From assembly GCF_004010195.1 (NCBI RefSeq), contig NC_057719.1, forward strand, positions 32,775,948 through 32,834,648: a stretch of DNA of 58,701 nt. The letters run 5' to 3'. The notes beneath the pieces are model-generated. The model made no database searches, had not been told where the DNA came from, and saw only the letters and a program-made list of their open reading frames with translations. How positions within the stretch are numbered: the stretch's first letter is position 1; every line of letters starts with the position of its first letter. The position numbers and the translations under genes were made by a program. Positions 50,771-58,701 of this stretch are shown here, piece after piece. Source of the stretch: Chiloscyllium plagiosum. Lineage: Eukaryota.

Positions 50771-51319
50771 AGGGCATTCTGTGTTCTATAGGTAGACCCC
50801 ACAGTGCTGTTAAGGAGGGAATTTCAGGCTTGGAATGGCAATATAATTCCAGGATGGCAACTAGCTTGGACGGAAACTTGCAGCTCGTGGTATATCTTCT
50901 GTCCTTCTCTTTCTAGCTAGAAGTGACTCTGTGGGTTTAGAATGTGCTATCAAGGGAATTAGTTTTGGAATTAGGAATTTATTTTGATATACATTGTCAG
51001 GAGACTCAATGTCATCAATTCTTGTTACTGCCTTGAACATACATCAGGCATCACTTTGACGTAAAAGGACAAAAATATTTCATTTAATGGTTGAACCAGC
51101 CTTTGTATTATGGATCTGAAAAATAAATTGATGTGATATCTCTAATTTGAGTTTTACTTAAATAGAAGAGAAAAGACATCAATTTTCCATCTGCTGTGAG
51201 GTTGTAATGATTTTCTTATTGTCAATATTTAATGAATTTCACCACAAAGTCTAACCAGAAATTATTCTGAGATTGCTTCATGGAGCTCGAATACAGGATA
51301 GATTATGTTAAGATTTTAA

Positions 51320-51995
51320 AACCATAAGATATAGGAGCAGAATTAGTCCGTTTGGCCCATCAAGTCTACACCATTCTGCCATTAAAGTTTCTCAATTCCA
51401 TTCTCCTGATTTCTCACTGTAACCTTGATCCTGTTAATAATCAAGAATCCATCTATCTCTGTCATAAATACACTCAATGACTTTCCACAGCCTTCAGTTT
51501 AACCACCCTCTGACTGAAAAATTCCCTCCTTATCTCAGATCTAAAGGGTCATGCTTTCACTCTGAAGCTGTGCCTATTTGTGGAAATATCTTATCCACAT
51601 CTACTGTATCTTGGCCTCTAAATATTCTGTAAATTTCAATGAGATTCTTCCTAATCCTTCTAAACTCCATTGAATGCAGACCCAGAGCCCTCAATCGCTC
51701 CTCATTTGACAAGCCTTTCATTTCCAGGATCATTCTTCTAAATCTCCTATGGAACCCCTCCAATGTCAGCACATCCTTCCTAGATATGGGGTCCAAAACT
51801 GCTTCACAACATTCCAAATGCTGCCTAACCAGAGCTTGTACACCTCAGCAGTGCATCTTTCCTCTTGTATTGTAACCTTCTTGGAATGAATGCTAACATT
51901 ACATTTGCCTTAACTGCCAGCTGAACCTGCACGTCAACCTTAAGAGAATCCTAAACGAGGACTCCCAAGTGCCTTGGTGCTTCAGATTTCTGAAG
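51320..51995 (-). mobile_element. CR1 3' region
   Basis: RKDVLTLEGFHRRFRRMILEMKGLSNEERLRALGLHSMEFRR. Confidence 0.82.
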
Positions 51996-52459
51996 CCTTT
52001 CCCCAATCAGTTCGACAATTGGCTCATTTTCAGGAAGGAATGTTGCTGTTGTACTCCAATCACCTGCTGTTTCACTTAATGTATGAAGCCATGCTAATTG
52101 ATTGTTTGTGTAATGAAGTAAATTCTCCCTCTGAATTCCAATCTTCATCAGGACACTAGAGTATAATACTGCTTGAATAATCCAGTGGCTCAGACAAATA
52201 CTCTGGCGACACAGGTACAAACCTCACTAAGCCAGCTGATGAAACTTGAATTCAATGAACAAATAAGGTATTAAAATCTCATCTCAGTATTGGTAACCTT
52301 GAAATTATTTACATTAGCTGGGAAGGAAATCTTCTCTTATACAATCTCGCCTTGATATCATTTCAAACTCACCGCACTGAAATTGAATGTTCTCAGAAAT
52401 GCACTACCAAGTTCTCCATTACATAAAAATGCTCCAAAGGTTAAAATGAATAAAATCAG

Positions 52460-52770
52460 AAGTTAACCCGGCATTGATCTAACCACTGGAAATGATAGCG
52501 GCAAACACTATCTTATGGATATATAGGGGCTGATGTCAAATTTGGAAGAGCTATACCTCAAACTAATTAAGCAACAGTCTGAAATTGCCATGTTTACTGA
52601 ATTGTAGCTTACAGACACTGTCCCAGACACTACCATCACCATTCCTGCATTTGCTTTGTCCCAGAGCCAAGACAGCTCCAGCAGAGATGGACAAACATTG
52701 GTGTACATCGGGATAGATTTGCCCAGGATTTTATGAACGTTGACTCCTGATCCCATGAAGAATTGTTATG
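52460..52770 (+). mobile_element. LINE endonuclease N-terminal relic
   Basis: LIKQQSEIAMFTEL*LTDTVPDTTITIPAFALSQSQD resembles an APE-like LINE endonuclease start. Confidence 0.5.
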
Positions 52771-52779
52771 GAGCAGAAG

Positions 52780-53370
52780 GTGGTTGTTTGGCCCATCATG
52801 CTTTACCAGCTCATTAAGTGAGCATCATTATGTTGTGCCAATCTGCTGCTGTTTTCCCATACCCTTGCACATTATTTTTATCCAAATATTCATCCAGTGC
52901 CCTCTTGACTGCCTTAACTGCATCTGCCTCTACCACACCTACAAGGTAGAAAAGCAGGAGGCTGGAAGAACACAGTAAGGCAGGCAGCATCAGGAGGTGG
53001 AGAAGTCAATGTTTCAGATGTAACCCTTGCGGAGTTCTTCCAGCCTCCCGCTTGTCTACCTTGGATTCCAGCATCTTCAAGTTTTTTTTGTCTCTCCCAC
53101 ACCTACAGGCATTGTGTCCTATACCCTAACTACTCTCTGAGTGAAACAAAATTTCCTCACTTCACGATTGCTTCTTTTGCAGGTCGCTTTAAATCTATGC
53201 GCTCTTGTTTTAATTCCTTTTAGAAGCGTGTCAGTTTAGCCTATCCAGGCTGCTTATGATTTTGAAAACATCTATTAGATCTCCTCTTAGCCAGCTACTC
53301 TTCAAGGAGAACATTCTGAACTTCTTCTATCTAACTTTATTATTGAAACTCGTAAACCCTAGAACCATAG
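52780..53370 (-). mobile_element. CR1 3' region hosting a PLE palindrome
   Basis: ggagcagaaggtggttgtttggcccatc...tgattttgaaaacatctattagatctcctct. Confidence 0.65.
52944..53091. mobile_element. PLE-terminal palindrome (family A relative)
   Basis: Arms ggtagaaaagcaggaggctggaagaac / gttcttccagcctcccgcttgtctacc; TSD ctctaccacacctaca (52928-52943) / ctctcccacacctaca (53092-53107), 15/16. Confidence 0.8.
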
Positions 53371-53383
53371 CTACAAACTGCTT

Positions 53384-53820
53384 TGGCGGCATGGTGGCTC
53401 AGTGGTTAGCACTGCTGCCTCACAGCGCCAGGGACCCAAGTTCGATTCCCAGCTTGGGCGAGTGTGTGTGTGTGGAGTTTCCACATTCTCTGCGAGTCTC
53501 TCGGTGCTCCGGTCCACCCACAATACAAAGATGTGCTGGTCAGGTGATTTAGGTAAAAACAAGGATTGCAGATGCTGGAAACCAGAGTCTAGATTAGAGT
53601 GGTGCTGGAAAAGCACAGTAGGTCAGGCAGCATCCGAGGAGCAGGAAAATCGACGTTTTGGGCAAAAGCCCTTCATCAGGAATAGAGGTCAGGTGAATTG
53701 CCCATAGTGCTAGATGAATTAGTTAGTGGAATGGGTATGAGTGGATTACTCTGGAAGGTCGGTGTAGACTTGTTGGGCCGAAGGGCCTGTTTTCATACCG
53801 TAGGGAATTTAATCTAATCT
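53384..53820 (+). mobile_element. HE1-type tRNA-derived V-SINE
   Basis: A box tggctcagtgg, B box gttcgattccc, V-domain-like tgtgtggagttt.cacattctc, CR1-like tail ttgggccgaagggcctgttt...(aatct)n. Confidence 0.85.
53549..53686 (-). mobile_element. PLE family A arm nested in the HE1 SINE
   Basis: 10-bp TSD ggtcaggtga at 53538-53547 and 53687-53696. Confidence 0.85.
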
Positions 53821-53944
53821 CTGTCCTGTATTGCCTCCAAGGCTTGTTTGTCCTTCCTAGTCTGGTAGTCCAGGTGTGAATAAACTAATATTTCATAATG
53901 GCTTAGCCTAACTTCACCACTTTCTCCAATGTGCTCTCCAGTGC

Positions 53945-54525
53945 ATAAGACCATAAGACCATAAGACATAGGAGTGGAAGTAAGGCCATTCGGCCCATCG
54001 AGTCCACTCTGCCATTCAATCATGGCTGATGGGCATTTCAACTCCACTTACCCGCATTCTCCCCAAAGTCCTTAATTCCTTGTGACATCAAGAAATTTAT
54101 CAATCTCTGCCTCGAAGACATTTAGCGTCCCAGCCTCCACTGCACTCTGCGGCAATGAATTCCACAGGCCCACCACTCTCTGGCTGAAGAAGTGTCTCCG
54201 CATTTCTTATCTGAATTTACCCCTCTAATTCTAAGGCTGTGTCCACGGGTCCTAGTCTCCTCGCCTAACAGAAACAATTTCCTAGCGTCCACCCTTTCCA
54301 AGCCATGTATTATCTTGTAAGTTTCCATTAGATCTCCCTTTAATCTTCTAAACTCCAACGAATACAATCCCAGGATCCTCAGCCGTTCCTCGTATGTTAG
54401 ACCTACCATTCCAGGGATTATCCTTGTGAATCTCCGCTGGACACGCTCCAGTGCCAGTATGTCCTTCCTGAGGTGTGGGGACCAAAACTGGACACAGTAC
54501 TCCAAATGGGGCCTAACCGGAGCTT
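53945..54525 (-). mobile_element. Young CR1 3' end with (TCTTATGG)n tail
   Basis: VRPHLEYCVQFWSPHLRKDILALERVQRRFTR; tail cataagaccataagaccataagacata. Confidence 0.92.
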
Positions 54526-57500
54526 TCCTCCTTCCTATAAAGTGGCAACCAGAAATACACACTGTACTCCAGCTATGACTTGACTAACAATATGTACAGC
54601 TCCAACATAACCTCCTTGTTCTTGTATTCAATACCTTGACTAATAAAGGTTAACATTTTTGTGATTCCCAGATGCTCACTGCAAAATTCGCCATTGAAAT
54701 AATTAATTATTTTTCTTTCCTTCCTGCCAACATGGGCAAGTTCACCTTATTCTACAAAATGTTCCATCTGCCAAATTTTGTCAGTTATTTAACTTCTTTA
54801 ACTCCCTCCTTTGACACTTTCAAAGAGTACGATATGCTGACCATGATCTCACACCATCTGTACATTGATTGAATGGTAACCTTTATTGTGGTGTCATTCT
54901 CTGCAGCTGATGGTGTTCCACACCAATGAGGAAGCCTGGCGTTCTGGCAAAGCTGAGTGTATGCTTCATCTGCTTCATCTCGTTGTTGAGAGAAGACTCA
55001 ATATGTTCCTTTTTTCTGCTAATGAAGAGTTCATAATTTTTTTTTGCAGTGAACATTGATGTTAGAGATTTCCCTTACTACAAATGGAAGCATCCCGGTG
55101 TGAAGAAATTCAGGGCTATGGTCAGCCTCGGTGTATTATGCACAGTATTCTGGCCCTGCTCTGAGAATGCAGCTGTGTGTGCAAGAGATGGAAGATTTCC
55201 ATGAGCACATTCCTTATAAAATGGATATTATGCACACACTCTTCAAGACTTAGCTTGCCATGCTTCTAAAATATCCAAAACCTTTTCCTTCTGTTCTGAA
55301 TCTCTTAAAATAACTCAGGTAGGAGGTACTTCCTGAATTCATGTTCAGCTGTGTGTGTTGAAGAAGTAGTATTAACTGTGGAAGCAGGAAGGTTGCTACG
55401 CTGAAAAGTGGTGATGCAGACTGATATCCCGATCTCCCTAATCAGCATACCTCCAATTTGTGCCCCAACTGACTCAAAATGGCTTCCAGTGTGGGTTGTG
55501 TGTATGGCATTGATGCCATTTTGGAACCAAAATAATATCTATAGCATGAAATCCATGGGAATTTTACTAGTTGCATTTTTTTCATGACATCTAAAAAGCT
55601 TTAAGAAATGCTGTTTAAGACTTCTATCATGGTATAGTGTTATTGATCCCTGGCAAAGCTGAGTATATGCGTCACGTGTGAGTTGTCATTTGACTTTGCA
55701 TCATTGGTTTAGGCGCAACATATATGGCGCTTAGAGCAGGGATAAATTGGATTGGAGAGAATTAATCACAATACAAAAATTCAAAGATGATGTTGGCATC
55801 ATTTATAACAAACTTGCATTGTTATAACACTGCTGAATCTACTTATTTAGGAGCAATACGTGATGTATAACTTGCACTAGCTTAAAGGCTTAATTGGCAA
55901 TCGCATTGCACAACGTAGAACATAAGCCTAAAAGATTCACAAAGTTTCATCCTTGGCTCATATCTGTATACTGCAGGTCAATCAGAGTGGCAGCAGGCAC
56001 ACTGTATTTGGTTCCACGTATCAAACACCAAACCAGGTTGCTACTGGTTGAATAACTAACTTTGAAAAAGTGCATGTGTGGAGGTAAGGTCAGAATCAGC
56101 TGTGTTGGTTGCCAGTTATCGTGCCCATTCATGACAAACAGCCATAGTAGCAAAGATTTGTAATGAGGTCAGCCAGGTAGACGTCATGGAATATGAGTTC
56201 CATGATTGGTCCAGAAAAACAATCCCAATCAGGGAACCCTGACTGACAGATATAAACAGAAATGTCAGAGGTTCTGCTCACTGTGAGATCTGGCTCTGAG
56301 GGAGCTGGATCAATGGCAAGGACTCTCCACATGTAAATAATGGATGACATGGTGACAGGATACCAGTCTCTGTAGAGTTATTCCTGTTTGAAAAGACATC
56401 TAGGGTGCCAGCCCAGTCAGCCAGCGCTCTCAAGTTAAGAAGGGAGGGAAATTTGAGGAAAAAAATGTAGAAGCTGAAAGTTCCTGACAACAGCTATGAC
56501 CCAATTCTGACTGGGATTATCAACTAGGACCAGGAATTGTAGGCCTTGTTGTTTTTAATTAGGCATAGTTTTATTATCTAATCCGTAAATAGGTGTGTTA
56601 TTTATGACAATGTCTATTTAACATCATTGCACTTGTCAATCAGCAGACAGAACCAAATGCTTATCCGTTCACAAAAGACTATTTAGGGAGTTCATAATTT
56701 GCCCTTACTTTTACTGTAGAAAGCATTAAACGTACAGAATCATGATTACTTCTACCAAGATGCTTGTAAGTTATTATGTCTCTGGTTATAATGCTACCCA
56801 TGTCCATTTGCAAACATATCACTTACAACAAGCAATTTCCTTCAAATGAAATTTCTGGTATTCATTAGCTCTGAAAGCTTGCATAACGAATAACGTGTGG
56901 GTAATAGGCATAACAGAGGCACCAACCTTTTCTTATTAAACATTCTACATGATCCCTTGTTGTGTTCAATGACTAAAGTGGTTTTAAAGAGTGATTCATG
57001 AGACTGGATTAGGTCAGCTCTTGTGCAGACTGACTTATTATTTAAAATTAAAGGTCAGACTAGTGGGAATTTAAACTCCTTCAATCAATCTGTGTTCTTT
57101 CCCATCATGGCAACAAATGTATGAGTGTAGCTGTATAACACTGCTATTTTCATTTCTACGATCATAATTGCTACGTACTTGCATTTTTGACAAGTAGTAT
57201 TTGTAAAGTATACCTTTTTTTCTGATGCCTCAAATACACCAATACACCAGATGTGATGAGATTCACAGCAGACTATTGATGTAACAAATATTTCTTTCCT
57301 TCTCTGCTTCAGACATGAACTTAATTCCATATGGCACAGAAAGTCCAGAATAAATATTTATCAATTTCAAAAAACATGGTTCCAATGTAACCTTCAAACA
57401 GCATTAAGGAGGCAAACAACGCGACACACTAATTATCCTCAGCAGTATGCGTGCAGGTATGAATTCTATTTCCTTGATTTTATATTAGAAATGGGAGGAA

Positions 57501-57894
57501 CTTTGTTGAGAGTTCCATAAGAAATAATGTGACAGCATGGTTGCCTTTTTTGTACAGATTAAGATGCAAGATTACTTTGCTGCCACTAATCCCTGAGTGA
57601 CACAGTTTCTATTTCACTCTGAATGCAGCTTTGACAAACCTGCAGCTTCCCAAAAATCTCTGATCACCCCCGCTGTGATCTGACTTGTTACTGCGCTTAC
57701 CACACACCACTATAACCTTCAAGATTGCACCCCTCCTCCCCACCTATTTGTCATGGGCTTACACAGTCTTGGAGTCTTCACTGACTATCTCCCTGGTCGA
57801 CTGGAAGCTTGTCAATCAGTTAATTTTGGCTTTAAGTCAGTTATCTGATCAGTGTAAGTTAAGTTAAAGTTGTGTCGAGTGAAGTAAACCCCCA

Positions 57895-58701
57895 TTATAC
57901 TGTGGAAAAGGATATGGAAGATATAGACTGTAGGGAAATAGATGGTGACATCTTGCAAAATGTCCATATTACAGAGGAGGAAGTGCTGGATGTCTTGAAA
58001 CGGTTAAAGGTGGATAATTCCCCAGGACCTGATCAGGTGTACCCGAGAACTCTGTGGGAAGCTAGAGAAGTGATTGCTGGGCCTCTTGCTGAGATATTTG
58101 TATCATCGATAGTCACAGGTGAGATGCCGGAAGGCTGGACGTTGGCAAACGTGGTGCCACTGTTTAAGAAGGGCAGTAAAGACAAGCCAGGGAACTATAG
58201 ACCGATGAGCCTGACCTTGGTGGTAGGCAAGTTGTTGGAGGGAATCCGGAAGGACAGGATTTGGAACATGTATTTGGAAAGGCAAGGACTGATTAGGGAT
58301 AGTCAACATGGTTTTGTGCATGAGAAATCATGTCTCACAAACTTGATTGAGTTTTTTGAAGAAGTAACAAAGAGGATTGATGAGGGCAGAGCAGTAGATG
58401 TGGTCTATATGGACTTCAGTAAGGCATTCAACAAGGTTCCCCATGGGAGACTGATTAGCAAGGTTAGATCTCATGGAATACAGGGAGAACTAGCCATTTG
58501 GATACAGAACTGGCTCAAAGGTAGAAAGGTGGTGATGGAGGGTTGTTTTTCAGACTGGAGGCCTGTGACCAGTGGAGTGCCACAAGGATCGGTGCTGGGT
58601 CCTCTACTTTTTGTCATTTACATAAATGATTTGGATGCGAGCATAAGAGGTACAGTTAGTAAGTTTGCAGATGACACCAAAATTGGAGGTGTAGTGGACA
58701 G
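57895..58701 (+). mobile_element. CR1-type LINE RT region, same subfamily as 41783-45655; runs off the window end
   Basis: Near-identical to the reverse complement of ~42050-42850 (gaaaaggatatggaagat...gatgacaccaaaattggaggtgtagtggaca). Confidence 0.93.

Noticed and set aside
53384..53455. tRNA-like sequence with A and B boxes
   Set aside because: It is the head of an HE1-type SINE, not a tRNA gene.
55947..56153. ORF containing RGTKYS, similar to MDGA2 RNTKYT
   Set aside because: No other MAM residues align and there are no fitting splice sites.

Overview
Repeat-dense vertebrate DNA. The repeat content (many CR1/HER1-type LINEs, an HE1-type V-SINE, Penelope-like termini) points to a shark or other cartilaginous fish; this is an inference. 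The only host-gene exon I can support is a 159-bp minus-strand exon (8659-8817) encoding part of a MAM domain that matches MDGA2. The rest is therefore probably intron, and I found no neighbouring exons by eye. It is filled with CR1 and L2 fragments, single RTE and Gypsy-integrase relics, SINEs and a 552-nt N gap. Two things stand out. (1) At least three Penelope-like element (PLE) families carry minimal hammerhead-ribozyme cores (CUGANGA-extra nt-stem II-GAAA-2 nt-UH), and most copies inserted as head-to-head palindromes with 9-16 bp target-site duplications (TSDs). (2) Two GC-rich minisatellites (33-bp unit, ~38197-40825; 21-bp unit, ~48205-50200) share homologous flanks on both sides. They look like two copies of one non-coding retroposon carrying a large VNTR, an architecture analogous to primate SVA. 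Repeat boundaries were read by eye and are approximate unless a TSD or splice site is given.
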